DNA of 63,936 nt, filler included, from Thraustochytrium aureum (lineage: Eukaryota): assembly GCA_012862495.1 (NCBI GenBank). It is 4 parts of 3 records of this genome, joined end to end, with 100 filler letters (N's around TTAATTAATTAA, not from the genome) between each part and the next. Parts side by side here need not be neighbours in the genome. Positions count along the whole stretch, not along the records: positions 1 to 26,202 come from BLSG01000312.1; positions 26,303 to 44,052 come from BLSG01000312.1; 2 more parts are not named here. One strand, given 5' to 3'. The notes under the pieces were generated by a model, which worked only from the letters and a program-made list of their open reading frames with translations, was not told where the DNA came from and ran no database searches. Below are positions 19,700 through 31,676 of this stretch, piece by piece (positions within the stretch are counted from its first letter, which is position 1; every line of letters starts with the position of its first letter). The translations under genes and the position numbers were made by a program.

Positions 19700-22012
19700 C
19701 CATTCTGCCCGCGGAATCTCTGCCTAAAGCGGCATCCTTCGGCCCGGCCCCATCCTCCAGCGCGCCGTCCTGCGCCCCGGCGCGAGCATCGCCGTCGTCG
19801 ATGGCCATTGCCACCATCTCCATCCCCGTGTCGCCCAGCGGCTCGCCAATCCAGCCGAGCAAGCCGCAGGCCTGCGCACGCCAGGCAGAGGCTCGCGCGC
19901 ACTGGCCGGCCGGCCGGGCAGGCAGGCAGGCAGGCAGGCGGCCGCGAACTGGCCGGTGGTGGGCTGCTCGGCGCGAGAGTGGACTGCTCGATGATGGAGC
20001 AGCATGGCCAGCCGGATCGGGCGCGCAGCAAGCAGTCCCGCAACGCGGCGCGAGAGAGCCGAGGCCGCCGGGCAGAGCGGGCGCAGCTGGGCACAGGGCA
20101 CTGCGCAGCGCGCGCGGGCGGGCAGGCAGGCGGGCAAGATGGTCGATTGAATGGACGNNNNNNNNNNNNNNNNNNNNNNNNNNNNNNNNNNNNNNNNNNN
20201 NNNNNNNNNNNNNNNNNNNNNNNNNNNNNNNNNNNNNNNNNNNNNNNNNNNNNNNNNNNNNNNNNNNNNNNNNNNNNNNNNNNNNNNNNNNNNNNNNNNN
20301 NNNNNNNNNNNNNNNNNNNNNNNNNNNNNNNNNNNNNNNNNNNNNNNNNNNNNNNNNNNNNNNNNNNNNNNNNNNNNNNNNNNNNNNNNNNNNNNNNNNN
20401 NNNNNNNNNNNNNNNNNNNNNNNNNNNNNNNNNNNNNNNNNNNNNNNNNNNNNNNNNNNNNNNNNNNNNNNNNNNNNNNNNNNNNNNNNNNNNNNNNNNN
20501 NNNNNNNNNNNNNNNNNNNNNNNNNNNNNNNNNNNNNNNNNNNNNNNNNNNNNNNNNNNNNNNNNNNNNNNNNNNNNNNNNNNNNNNNNNNNNNNNNNNN
20601 NNNNNNNNNNNNNNNNNNNNNNNNNNNNNNNNNNNNNNNNNNNNNNNNNNNNNNNNNNNNNNNNNNNNNNNNNNNNNNNNNNNNNNNNNNNNNNNNNNNN
20701 NNNNNNNNTTCCGCTCGTCGTGCAGCTGTCGATTGCTGCCTGCGCCGAGCTTCTCGAAGCGTAACTGGCCAGGCTCCGTCTGTCGATGGCCCCCAAAAAC
20801 CTGGGCAGCACTGTGCCACACGTGCTGCTTGGGAAAGGGCTTTGGGATGCTGCGTCACGTTGGGCAGCGCTTGAGGTCGCCACTCTACAAGGACGATTCG
20901 CGCCGTGGCAGACCGCCGCTGTGCAGCTTGGCACTACATAAGTACCTACATAGCCCTGCAATTCACTACGTAGCCTGATCGTAAGTCGTGCCGCCAGCGA
21001 TTTCGAAAGGCAGGCACGAAAGGAGACCGCTTCGCAGCCATCAATGAAGCCGAGATATCTCTAGAGGGCTCCGCAATGGCCACTTCCGAAGCGCGCGCTG
21101 AAGGGCCAGGCTGCTGCCGAGCATGGATGAACCCGCACGGCGACCTTGCTCGGCCGATCGGTCGGTGCTCCAGCAAGTCCAGTGCGAGAAGTATCCGTTG
21201 CAAGTTGTGGCATAACGGTAGAGGACTTTCGTGTAATGCTGGCGGCTCTCGAACGAGGCGGGGGGCGCAAGTCGCGCGCGCTCTCCGCTCAGGTCCCGAT
21301 CGAGAAGTCCACTCCCTCGCCCAACGTTTCGACTGAGCTTCAGCCCGGATTGGTCGCTTTTCGCACCGACACGGGACGCAGCTACGTTCAACCAACATGT
21401 GAGCGTTTTATCGAGGAGCGCAGTCCGACCACGCCGAACGACGCGATTGGCGAGTCCAACACATGGCGCGCGCGCATTGTCGCCGCTCCACCGCCTCACA
21501 CAGACCAGCCTCGCAAGCCTCTGGCTTAACCATCCTGCGTCGACAGCAACCGCCTCGAGCGGATCTCGCCGTGGAGGCCAAGTACTAGCTACTAGTAGGT
21601 TCACATGCTCACATCCAAATATGCCTATCCGTTCCATCCGTTGGACAATGCAACACCTGAGCGGCTGCATCGAGCATCAGAGCATCGTCAGCACCAGCGC
21701 AGCCACCACGACCAGCTCCAGCAGCGCAGGCGCCGGCACCAGGACTGCCAACTGACGACGGCCTTGACCGCCACGTTGAGGCGGACGCGCCGAGGCAAAG
21801 CGAAAGCGACTTGGTGATAGGACCTCGGCCAACTCTGGCGCTGCGCAAAGTAGGCACCACGCAGCGAGTGCCGATCTGGACCGAGCACGAGACGCACACG
21901 AGATTCACATTGGTCAAGTGGTGGACAGGTCGCGGCGCCCGCGTCGGTGGAAGCGGGTCCGGGCGCCAAGGAGGCTTCCTCGCGGAGGGTTTGCCTCCCT
22001 CAAGGAGCAAGG

Positions 22013-25009
22013 ATGACACATCCACGAAAGGTGGCCCCTGTTCCAGGGGACCCCGGCGCTGGTGGCCTCGACAGCGGCAAGGATAGCGGCCCAAGAAAGC
22101 AATCGCAACCCGTCGCCGGAGAGGCCAGCCCGCCGCTTCGCCAGGTTCGCAACCGCATGCACCAGACGCAGAACTTTGGTGAAGACGGGAGCGACGAGAG
22201 AGGCATGAATGCCCTCCAAAAGCGCAACTTTGTGATACAAAAGACAACTGAGGACCTGCTTCAGAACTCGACGTTCATCAACCATCACACGCATCCGTCG
22301 CCCTTCGGGAGCGCCAAATCTGGCGAGAAAGTTCAAGCCACGCCGCAAGACAGAATCGCGAGCATCGGGACTCCTCTCGGCAACACCGCAGAGGACAGGG
22401 TAAACGAAAGACGGCGGTCCGAGTTGGCCAGGCCGAGCGTGCGCCACTCGCAGATCAATCTGCGCGCTTACAACCAGCGAGTGCACGTCAAGGAGAAGGA
22501 GAACCGGAAACACTTTGGCCAGATTGGGATCGTCAAGGTCATGTTCTTGTTCATCGCATTCTTTTTCGCGTTCTCGGCTTTCGCCGTGTATTCAGGATTT
22601 GCCATCAACTCATCGCTGGGACCCTCCTGGGAAAGGTTCGGCTTCGAGCGCGGCGAGCTTGAAGAGCGCATGTTCCTTGACAGCGTGAGTGCCGAAGAGC
22701 TCTTCTCGAACCTGTTTTACACCGACCCCGAGGGCGCGCGCGCCGCGGTGAACGACCTCACCAAGATTAACTGCGTGGTCTTCTCCATCATGGTGCAAGT
22801 CACCACCATTTTGGTGCAAGTGGGCGCGAAGGAGTTCTCAACAAACGCGGTCTCTCTTTTCGTGCGCGACAAGGTCCTCGTGAGCACCTTGATCCTCTAC
22901 ACGCTCACCTTGACATATATGATCGTTCTCACCAACGTCACAAGCGACCGGTACATCCCGCGCGGCGAGATCTTCATTGGGTCCATCTGCACACTGCTGT
23001 GCGTGCTAGCACTCATCCCGTACTTTTTGTACTTGACGCGGATGCTCAACCCGCTCAAGCTCGTGCGCAAAGTGGCCGACTCGGGACTCAAGGCCATTTC
23101 GTACGACGCTCGGCGCGACTACTCGAGCAATTCCGAGCAAGCGATGCAGGAGATCGCGCACGACCGCGAGCAAGCTGTGTGGGCCGTGGAGAACATTGCG
23201 CAATTCTCTATCAACAGCATGCAAAACCAGCGCTCCACAGTGGCCTTTACCTGCGTCGAGGTGCTGAGCCACCTCGTTATCGGGTACGGCACAACCAAGG
23301 ACCACCTCAACGAGGGGTTTTTCCAGGTCAATGTCGAGATGCGGGACACGCCAGACTTTTTCGCCCTCACGGACGAGAGCATCAAGAATCTTGAGCGCCG
23401 CCGCTGCTGGCTCGAGTACAAAGTGCTGCGCCAGTACCTCAAAATATTCAGCGAGTCGCTCGACATCATGAAGGACGTCGCTTACGTTATCGCCGTCAAC
23501 ACGCGCAAGATCGCCGAGGCATCTGCCCGCCGTCACGACTACCACGCCTTCGAGTACTGCGTTCGGTTTTTCAACACGTTCATCCGCCAAGGCATTGCCA
23601 AGAGCGACTCAGCGACAGTGCACAACATTTTGCACCAGTACAGGCTGATGTGTACTGCGGTGCTCAGCAATGACGGCGAGCTAGTCAGCCTCGTGCAGAA
23701 GCGCAAGCGCAAGGCGATCAGCGAAGGCCTCAGCTTCTTTCAAGTTGACGACCTCATCCAGATCACTGGCAACTACGTCGTGGAAGAGGCGCGAGACATT
23801 GTGATTGCGATGGAGAAGAAGATCATCTCCATGGCGCAGTACCTCGTCTACTACGCCAGTGTGGCCCTGCAAAACGACGCCCTGCTTGTCTGTGAAACCA
23901 TCGCGCACGAGCTCGCGCTCGTTTGCCAAACGGCGTACACCAATCAGCGCGAGTGCCACCAAGAGGTCCTGCTCACTTTTCTCATGCTCCACGAGGCCTC
24001 GCTGGAGAAGAACTATCACACGGTTACCTGGGGAATTCGCTGCGCCCAAATCAAGCTTGCCACGTTTTACGCGGTCAATGGGGGCTTTGACTTCTTCCAC
24101 TGCATCCAAAAGACCTTCGACGACGCGTCCACTGATGACCTCGTCAGAGCGTGGCGGCGGCTAGAGCGCGTCCACGACCGGGAGTTTTGGGAGGTCAACG
24201 ATCGAGGAAACAACATCGAGTACATGTCCCCAGAGCAAAAGCGAAAGCTGCCAACCTTTTTCGCGGGGCTTGGCATCACTGTAGCCGACTTGCAGTCTCG
24301 AGCCTACTTTCCCTCCGATGAAGACTACTTTCAAACCATCGACGAAGAAAGCGCTCAGGTCATCGAGCAAGAGATCGAGTACAGTGGCCTTGCTCAAGTG
24401 GACAGTTCTGCGAGCTCGCGACTCAAGCAAGCAAGCCACGCGATGCCCAATGGTCTGGAACGGGACCAAAAGCGGCAAATCAACGAGGTGGGCAACGTTG
24501 AGGGGCGGGGCGCGACCAGGTCGGCCACGGAACATGACTACATTTCAACGACTCCGCACTTGCATGATGATGTTCCAAGCGACTCCCCCCGCCCGACAAA
24601 CCTGTCAGAGACGCGCCTCCCACGCCGTACGTCGATTCACGACCTCATTATGGAAGGCAGGTCACCGTACTTTGGCTCTCAAACGGTTCGCACAGCGGTT
24701 GAGACACTGAGTCGGTACAGAGACAGCGTCAGTCTTCCAGAGAACAAAGATATCCAACAGCGCAGGAGCGTGCCAGGCATGGCCGCCCGGCCCACCTCGA
24801 GCGGCGACCAAATCAAGCGCCTCTCCGTCGGGGGTAACTCCTCCCTTCAGCCTTTGCTTGGGAGGATCCCTGGCGACCTTTCAGATGACGACGCCAACAA
24901 CAAGCCGGAAGGGCAAGACGATCAGTTGGACGCTAGCGCCTCTACTGTCGTAGCCAAGAGCGGCGAACCTCGCGAAGCAGCCTCCACAACTGGTTCAGAT
25001 CAGGCTTGA
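22013..25009 (+). CDS. DUF2254-like membrane protein with a long helical cytoplasmic domain (about 998 aa, intronless)
   Basis: TM block ...ILVQVGAKEFSTNAVSLFVRDK...ALIPYFLYLTRMLNP, followed by WLEYKVLRQY, FFNTFIR, LHQYR and FWEVNDRGNNIEY. Disordered N- and C-terminal tails. Confidence 0.8.
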   Translation: MTHPRKVAPVPGDPGAGGLDSGKDSGPRKQSQPVAGEASPPLRQVRNRMHQTQNFGEDGSDERGMNALQKRNFVIQKTTEDLLQNSTFINHHTHPSPFGSAKSGEKVQATPQDRIASIGTPLGNTAEDRVNERRRSELARPSVRHSQINLRAYNQRVHVKEKENRKHFGQIGIVKVMFLFIAFFFAFSAFAVYSGFAINSSLGPSWERFGFERGELEERMFLDSVSAEELFSNLFYTDPEGARAAVNDLTKINCVVFSIMVQVTTILVQVGAKEFSTNAVSLFVRDKVLVSTLILYTLTLTYMIVLTNVTSDRYIPRGEIFIGSICTLLCVLALIPYFLYLTRMLNPLKLVRKVADSGLKAISYDARRDYSSNSEQAMQEIAHDREQAVWAVENIAQFSINSMQNQRSTVAFTCVEVLSHLVIGYGTTKDHLNEGFFQVNVEMRDTPDFFALTDESIKNLERRRCWLEYKVLRQYLKIFSESLDIMKDVAYVIAVNTRKIAEASARRHDYHAFEYCVRFFNTFIRQGIAKSDSATVHNILHQYRLMCTAVLSNDGELVSLVQKRKRKAISEGLSFFQVDDLIQITGNYVVEEARDIVIAMEKKIISMAQYLVYYASVALQNDALLVCETIAHELALVCQTAYTNQRECHQEVLLTFLMLHEASLEKNYHTVTWGIRCAQIKLATFYAVNGGFDFFHCIQKTFDDASTDDLVRAWRRLERVHDREFWEVNDRGNNIEYMSPEQKRKLPTFFAGLGITVADLQSRAYFPSDEDYFQTIDEESAQVIEQEIEYSGLAQVDSSASSRLKQASHAMPNGLERDQKRQINEVGNVEGRGATRSATEHDYISTTPHLHDDVPSDSPRPTNLSETRLPRRTSIHDLIMEGRSPYFGSQTVRTAVETLSRYRDSVSLPENKDIQQRRSVPGMAARPTSSGDQIKRLSVGGNSSLQPLLGRIPGDLSDDDANNKPEGQDDQLDASASTVVAKSGEPREAASTTGSDQA

Positions 25010-25649
25010 CGCCAGGTCTGACCACGTCGCTGCGAATCGCGAAAGGCGGAAACTGGCTCGTTCCAGGAGCAGCTCGTTTAAGTAGGTAACAACTTACCCG
25101 CACGCATGCAATGATGGTGCAAGGCAAAGTACCACGCGGGCGCGGGAGCGGGCAGGAGGCATGACACATTATTTTGTTGACACATTATTTTGTCCTGGCC
25201 AGAAAAAGACAGCCTTGTAGGTAAGTAAAGTACTTATCCATTTGGTACCCATTACCTTTTCACGAGATCACCAAAACGCGGGGCGGCTTGGCTGTGGGGC
25301 GGCGATTCGCCAAGTTGGCAAAACACATGTCGCTCTCCCCGGAGAGACCTGCCAACCCTTCTTTATCACCCTTTCTTGATCGACGCGATCTAGAGGCTGC
25401 TTCGAATCGCGGGTCATCCTCAACAAAAGTTTGTTTTGTCACAAGCGTTTCGTGTCAACATCGAACGGCCATCAATCATTCGTCAGGATCTTCGCCATAG
25501 TCAGGCCTCCGTCGCGCGCAGAGTTGTCCCGTCACAGGCTACCCGAGGAGGCCGCCTTGAGAGCTGCTCCGCTGTCAACCTAGTAGCATGTTGAAAACCA
25601 CGATGACCTCAAGCCGAGTCCGCGGCCTCACCGCTGCCCCTTCTAGGCG

Positions 25650-26202
25650 TTACTTTGGCGAGCGAGCCATGTCCAGCGCGGTTTGCATGCATTCATCATG
25701 CACAATACCAAGACGTGACTTTTTGCTGTTCCCCGAAAAGCGGCCTGGCACCGCGCACAGCGGTCCCTCGCAAGCTGCGCATTTCGGCGCCTTGAGCTCC
25801 CGATACGATTGTACACAGTGAACGTGAAGCCTATCCCCTGCTTTGGCGCCCCGCAGCAAGACCTCGTCCGGGGCCGCAGCAACTGCTGTCGAACGATTGG
25901 CTGGCGCTTTGGACGGCCTCGCTCTGGCTGGCGCTAGTTGGGCTGGGCCGACCTCTCCCGCTGGGTCTGGGTTTCTCAGGTCGGCCTCCGCGCCGAGAAT
26001 CGCCATCAGACACGATGCGCACTTTGGCGCAGACTTGATACGCTCGCGAAGCGCACACGAATCGCACGATGCGTCCAACGCTAAAGTAGACGACGCGTGC
26101 TCCAGCTCTGGGCACGCCGACATGACCGCGTCGACAGCGAGCAACGTTCGCTCTTCTTGCTCCTTTTGTCGGGCTCTCGCGCTCGCCTCTTCCTCTGCTC
26201 TT
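25650..26202 (-). CDS. C-terminal part of a LIM-like zinc-finger protein (5' end cut by the scaffold end)
   Basis: Two APKCxxC...HxxC units (APKCASC...LHVHC; APKCAAC...VHDEC). Confidence 0.6.
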
Positions 26203-26302
26203 NNNNNNNNNNNNNNNNNNNNNNNNNNNNNNNNNNNNNNNNNNNNTTAATTAATTAANNNNNNNNNNNNNNNNNNNNNNNNNNNNNNNNNNNNNNNNNN
26301 NN
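26203..26302. other. Artificial scaffold-joining linker (N44-TTAATTAATTAA-N44)
   Basis: Six-frame stop spacer at 26247-26258, exactly 100 bp including Ns. Confidence 0.98.
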
Positions 26303-28391
26303 GACAAGCAGCCCGGGCCGTTCGACGTGATCAAATTTCGCAAGGGCCTCTGCTGGGCCGCTCTGGCCGCGCTTGTGGCCATTTTCAGCGAGCTGACCGC
26401 GATCGGCGTGTTCATGAGCTCGCCCCTGTTCGACAACCTGGGCGAGACCTTTGGATGCCGCTTTGTCTTCATGCATCCGCTAAACTCAAACGCGCTCAAG
26501 TGCCACGCGCTTGGCCCCGGGTTTGGCCTTGCTGTTGGCGGATGCCTCCTCAGCTCGTTTGCGTGCGCCATGTTTTACCTCGCTTTCAAAAACCCGCACT
26601 ACATTGATCCGGAGACGGGCCGGTACTCGATGTTCCAGGAGACGCTCCTTGGCGCCCGGCCGCTCGACCACCTTGACCAGGGCGACCTCGCGGACAGCGG
26701 GGGCGGCGGCTCCGGAGCCGCCTACGTGCGGCTTGACGCGACGGGCCGAACAGGCGCTAGTGCGAGCTCGCATCGCGAGGGCGCGAGCCTGGACAACGCC
26801 GGCGGCGAAGATTCGCCGCTCCTCGCCTTCCGCAGCAAGGTGCTCCGATCCCTCTCGTGTGACGTCGGCGGCCCGCGAGCCACGATGCGCCGCTTCATGC
26901 GCCTGTACTCGCTCCCGGCGCTTCTCCTCTTGAACGCGGCGCTGTTCACCTGGTCGAACTGCTCCTCCGGGGCGACGGTGGAGCCAAACGTGCGCATCGA
27001 GCTGCCCAAGGGTCTGCACTGGATCGCGCACGAACTCGTGCCCTCTATTGTGGACCGCCACGGCGTGGTCGCAATTAAGGACGACGTCTTCAACTTTACG
27101 CTGATCACCTCGCTTCGGCACTTTTGGGAAGGCAAGGCCTACGCGCTGGCCATTTTGATCGGCGTGTTTTCGGGGTGCTGGCCCTACGTCAAGCTGTTTA
27201 CGATGATGTTTTTGTGGTTTGTTCCAAGCACAGAGAAGCTGCGCGGCAAGCTGCTGCACTGGCTCGACGTGCTGGGCAAGTGGTCGCTCGTTGACGCCTA
27301 CGTGCTGTGCCTCATGGCTGTCGCCTTTGGCTTTAACACGGACAAGGACGTGATGGGGATCAAGATCCACGTCGACATCTCGGTGCGCCCAGGCTGGGGC
27401 GTTTACTCGTTCGTCCTCGCCACCATGTGGTCGCTGACCATGAGCCACGTCATGACCCACATGCATCGCAATGCCATGGAGCGGCGCGAGCTGACCCCAG
27501 AGATGCTCCGCGCCATGGAGCGGCCGCCCCACGAGACGCTTTCGAGCCGCTCGTACGCGCCCTTTCCGCGTCGGCGGCGCTTCACCTGCTCCAAGTTTGG
27601 CCAAGCCGTAATGTGGCTCGTTCTGGCAGTCACGCTGGGTGTCACCTTGTGCGGCCAGCTGCTGAGCACTTTCGAGTTCCGGTTCTCGGGGCTCGCGGAC
27701 CTCATCCTCCCCATAGAGAAGCGCAATACCGCCTACTCGCTCGTCTCCAACGGCGCGCTGCTCCCTGAGGCCTGCTCGAAAGGCGGCTTCTTGTCCGGGG
27801 GGCTGTTTTGGTCGTGGTTCATGACGATCATGTACTTTATGTTTGCGATGGTGATCCCGCTGGCCATGCTCCTTGGCCTCGCTGTGCTCTGGGGGGTGCC
27901 GATGACTCTCGCGACGACCAAGCGAGTGTTTCACTTTTGCCAGGTTGTTCAAAGCTGGGCTGCGCTCGACGTCTTTCTGGTCTCGATCATTGCGGCGGTT
28001 GTCGAGATCGGAGGGCTCTCGGAGGCGGTGATTGGGGATGCGTTTGGGGACATCCAGGAGGAGCTCTGCACGGTGCTCACGGCGCACCCGTGGCTGGTGA
28101 ACCAGGTTTTGCACCTGGTTGGCCTTCCCAAGCTTGGCCCGGACGAGCTGGATAACTGCGCCCTTTTCCGAGTCGACGCGGTGCTGATGGGGGGCTGCTG
28201 GATGCTATTGTACGGCGTGGCGGCGTGGGCGATCTGCACGCATTTGATTATGGAGTTCGCGGACGCCTCGATCGAGGAGAGGACGCGGATCATTAAAGTC
28301 TTGGCCAAGGAGGACGACAATTTTTCGGCGCCAGACCCGTACGAGCTGTTGCGCATTGCGCCCGACGACAACACGAGTGCCTCGACGAGCG
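26303..28391 (+). CDS. Membrane protein with two paraquat-inducible protein A (PqiA)-like domains (5' partial; probable intron donor at 28392)
   Basis: FSGCWPYVKL...LDVLGKWSLVDAYVL and second copy QSWAALDVFLVSIIAAVVEI (PqiA W-S-x-x-D-V motif). G|GTAAGT at 28392. Confidence 0.82.
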
Positions 28392-29006
28392 GTAAGTTGG
28401 TGGAGGGCAAGGTGGCAGTAATGTGTGTGTGGGGTGGGGGGGGGGTGGCGTGCGAAGCGCGCGAGCCGTGGTGGANNNNNNNNNNNNNNNNNNNNNNNNN
28501 NNNNNNNNNNNNNNNNNNNNNNNNNNNNNNNNNNNNNNNNNNNNNNNNNNNNNNNNNNNNNNNNNNNNNNNNNNNNNNNNNNNNNNNNNNNNNNNNNNNN
28601 NNNNNNNNNNNNNNNNNNNNNNNNNNNNNNNNNNNNNNNNNNNNNNNNNNNNNNNNNNNNNNNNNNNNNNNNNNNNNNNNNNNNNNNNNNNNNNNNNNNN
28701 NNNNNNNNNNNNNNNNNNNNNNNNNNNNNNNNNNNNNNNNNNNNNNNNNNNNNNNNNNNNNNNNNNNNNNNNNNNNNNNNNNNNNNNNNNNNNNNNNNNN
28801 NNNNNNNNNNNNNNNNNNNNNNNNNNNNNNNNNNNNNNNNNNNNNNNNNNNNNNNNNNNNNNNNNNNNNNNNNNNNNNNNNNNNNNNNNNNNNNNNNNNN
28901 NNNNNNNNNNNNNNNNNNNNNNNNNNNNNNNNNNNNNNNNNNNNNNNNNNNNNNNNNNNNNNNNNNNNNNNNNNNNNNNNNNNNNNNNNNNNNNNNNNNN
29001 NNNNNN

Positions 29007-30264
29007 GCATCGCCGACGCCCTCCATCACAGCCATCACAATTTCGTCCTTGTTGAGCTTGGTGGGATCGGCCTCGTCGCTGATGCGCGACAAGCAGCAGG
29101 CGCGCAGGTGGGACGCGTTCTTGCAGAGCAGGTCGACGTCCTCGCTGGAGACGAGGTCGGCGGGCGCGCCGGCTTCTGCAAGCAATACCTTGACGCGCTC
29201 GTGCACGGCGGCCGCGTCCTCGCTTGCCTTGGCTTTGTACACTTGCTGCATCCGGACGAAGATCTCGGTGGAGGCCGTCATGTCGGGAACCTGGCCAGAG
29301 ACGGGCAGCTTGCCATTGCCCTCCTCGGGGCTCTTCACAAAGTCGCGAAGCGCGCGAGCCATGAGCCAAAACTTCCCATTAAAGTCGGTCACTGCGGCTG
29401 GTGCCCCGGCTCCCGAGCAGGCAGGGTCTTCAAAGATCTCTTGCACCTCTGGGGGGACTTGGCGAACTGTATAGGCGAGAAAGGCGTTATTGAAGGCCTC
29501 GCCCAGATTTTCTTCCTCCCCCAGGGCTTGCGCGCTATGCTTTTGACGGCATCGCGGAACTCGCGCTTTTCTTGGGTGGTTTCAGGCAGCGAGCCTTGGT
29601 GCTCGGCGCGCCACTTTTCCGCAAGCTTGATCAGGACGATGGTGAACGGGACATGCTTAAAGTCTTTGCCGTCCAGGGCGTCGAGGTCGACCTCGCTGAC
29701 CAGCGCCTCCAGAGCCGGGAACGGATCGGCGAGGCGGAGGTCCTCCACGGGCGCTGGTGAGGGCTTGGACTCGATCACGCAGTGAGCAGCGGCCGAGACG
29801 CGACAGAGCCCAACGAACCCGACCGTGCGCGCCACAATGAGCGGCACCTTGGCCGCCCAAGCTGCAGCCTCGACCTGGACGATTTCTTGTTCGCTCATCT
29901 CCGTGCAGAGGATGAGCGAGTATTGCGCCAAGTCGCTTGTTTTCACGAACTCGAGCGGGGCCTGTACTTCAAAGTGGCCCCGCACGTCTGGGTTGAGTTC
30001 TGCGAGCGCCTCGCACGCTACCTGGCTCCGCGGTCTGCCCTTTTGCGCGGCAGGCAGGAAGAAGTTGTTGGCAACGTCAGCTTCCGCGACGAGCCCGTCG
30101 TCCACGACCGTAAACTGCCCGATCCCGGGGAGCACCAGATTCTTCATCGTCTCCGTCCCCGTGGGCCCCGCCTTGAGCAGGAGCACGTGTGCCTCCGCGA
30201 GCAGCCGCTGCCCAGCCGCGCCCCACAGCCGAAGCTGCCTGTCGTACTTGTCGGCCGTCGCCAT
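29007..30264 (-). CDS. NAE1: NEDD8-activating enzyme E1 regulatory subunit (APPBP1/AXR1); 3' end in gap; frameshift near 29519
   Basis: KYDRQLRLWG, TETMKNLVLPGIGQFTVVD, ELNPDV, DLRLADPFP, HVPF, EENLGEA, FWLMARAL, LPVSGQVPDMTAST. Confidence 0.95.
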
Positions 30265-31055
30265 CCCGGCGCCACACCGAGCGACGCAAACCAACCAAGC
30301 CAACGACAAACCGTTTGCAGCTTGCCGCGAGCGTGCCGCGCAAGTCGCTATGCGGGGCCGTGGTCTCCAGCCGGCCGATGCCGCTCAGTGTCGGGCAGCC
30401 GGGGCAGGNNNNNNNNNNNNNNNNNNNNNNNNNNNNNNNNNNNNNNNNNNNNNNNNNNNNNNNNNNNNNNNNNNNNNNNNNNNNNNNNNNNNNNNNNNNN
30501 NNNNNNNNNNNNNNNNNNNNNNNNNNNNNNNNNNNNNNNNNNNNNNNNNNNNNNNNNNNNNNNNNNNNNNNNNNNNNNNNNNNNNNNNNNNNNNNNNNNN
30601 NNNNNNNNNNNNNNNNNNNNNNNNNNNNNNNNNNNNNNNNNTTGTCCACTCGCCGCCTCTGGCACCGCCCTCACACTGGCGCAGGCTCGTTCGTTTCTGC
30701 AGAGCGCGCGAGGCCGGGCTCTTCCCAGTCTTGGCGAGCCTGAGGTCTTGCCAAGCATCGGAGTCGCGCGCGAGCCTCGCTGGTGAGTGAGAGCGTGCCC
30801 ACCTGGTCCATCAAGAATGCAGGATTGGCACGAGGCAGGCTGGCGCTCTTGTGCTGAGGAGAGAGTACTCCTCCTCCTCCTCGCTCATCAACTACATCTA
30901 CTCAACTCCACTCTTCCTCCATGCTGGCTGGTGTCCTTCGGCGGAGCGCAGCTCGAGCGGAGGGCAGACCCCGATCGAGACGCGCTGGTTTGCAACCCAC
31001 GCGGCACAGGACGAGACAGGCAAGTCGAGGCGGCACGGCAGGCGTTGTTGGCAGG

Positions 31056-31460
31056 ATGTCGGTCGGGAAGAAGTTTGTCGATATCGCCCTGGTGGGCCTG
31101 GACGGCAAGAAGTACAAGCTGTCCAAGATCGCGGGCAAGGGCCTGCCGGTCGTGGTGGTGCTCTTCTCACCCGAGCTGCCCGAGTGCGCCCCGGCCCTGC
31201 AGGCTGTGGAGGAGCACGCCTTCTCGAAGGACCATATCGAGTTCATCGTCGTGGACGTGTCTGGCGGGTCCGCGGCGACGCTGCGCGAGTATTTGGTTAC
31301 GCAGGGCGTGCGCAAGTGCCAGGCCTTTTCGGCGCGCATGCCCAAGGGCTATGCTGTGCGCGACGGCGTGCTTCCGTACCACATCGTGATCGACGAGGAC
31401 GGCAAGATCTTGCTCGCGACCGAAGACGCCACGGACGACTTTGTCTCGCTGGTTGCCTGA
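31056..31460 (+). CDS. Thioredoxin-fold (TlpA/redoxin-like) protein with a single active-site Cys
   Basis: LDGKKYKLS...LPVVVVLFSPELPECAPAL...LPYHIVIDEDGKI. LPEC sits in the CxxC position. Confidence 0.75.
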   Translation: MSVGKKFVDIALVGLDGKKYKLSKIAGKGLPVVVVLFSPELPECAPALQAVEEHAFSKDHIEFIVVDVSGGSAATLREYLVTQGVRKCQAFSARMPKGYAVRDGVLPYHIVIDEDGKILLATEDATDDFVSLVA

Positions 31461-31676
31461 GCGATCGCGCGAGTCGGTCGCCGGAGAGAACGAGGACGCT
31501 GGCCTGTTTTCGGTCGGATGGGCCTCTCGCCTGAACATAGAATATGGTGCGATTGCAGCCTCCGGTGCTGCGCCCCCTTGCGGGGCGCGCATCTTCGGAG
31601 GGCGGCCTCAAACCGCTGTTTTTCTTCCTTTTCTGCCTACGATTCGTATTCTTTTCGAATGCGCGCTGTGCTGCGC

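Noticed and set aside
26247..26258. TTAATTAATTAA palindrome (also at 44097 and 62868) as a biological site, such as a piggyBac TTAA target
   Set aside because: It is centred in exactly 100-bp N spacers, so it is an artificial six-frame-stop linker. Gene adjacency across it is meaningless.
26327..29785. 1152-aa ORF and other ORFs running through N runs
   Set aside because: Artefact of translating Ns as X; this ORF joins PqiA to the antisense strand of NAE1.
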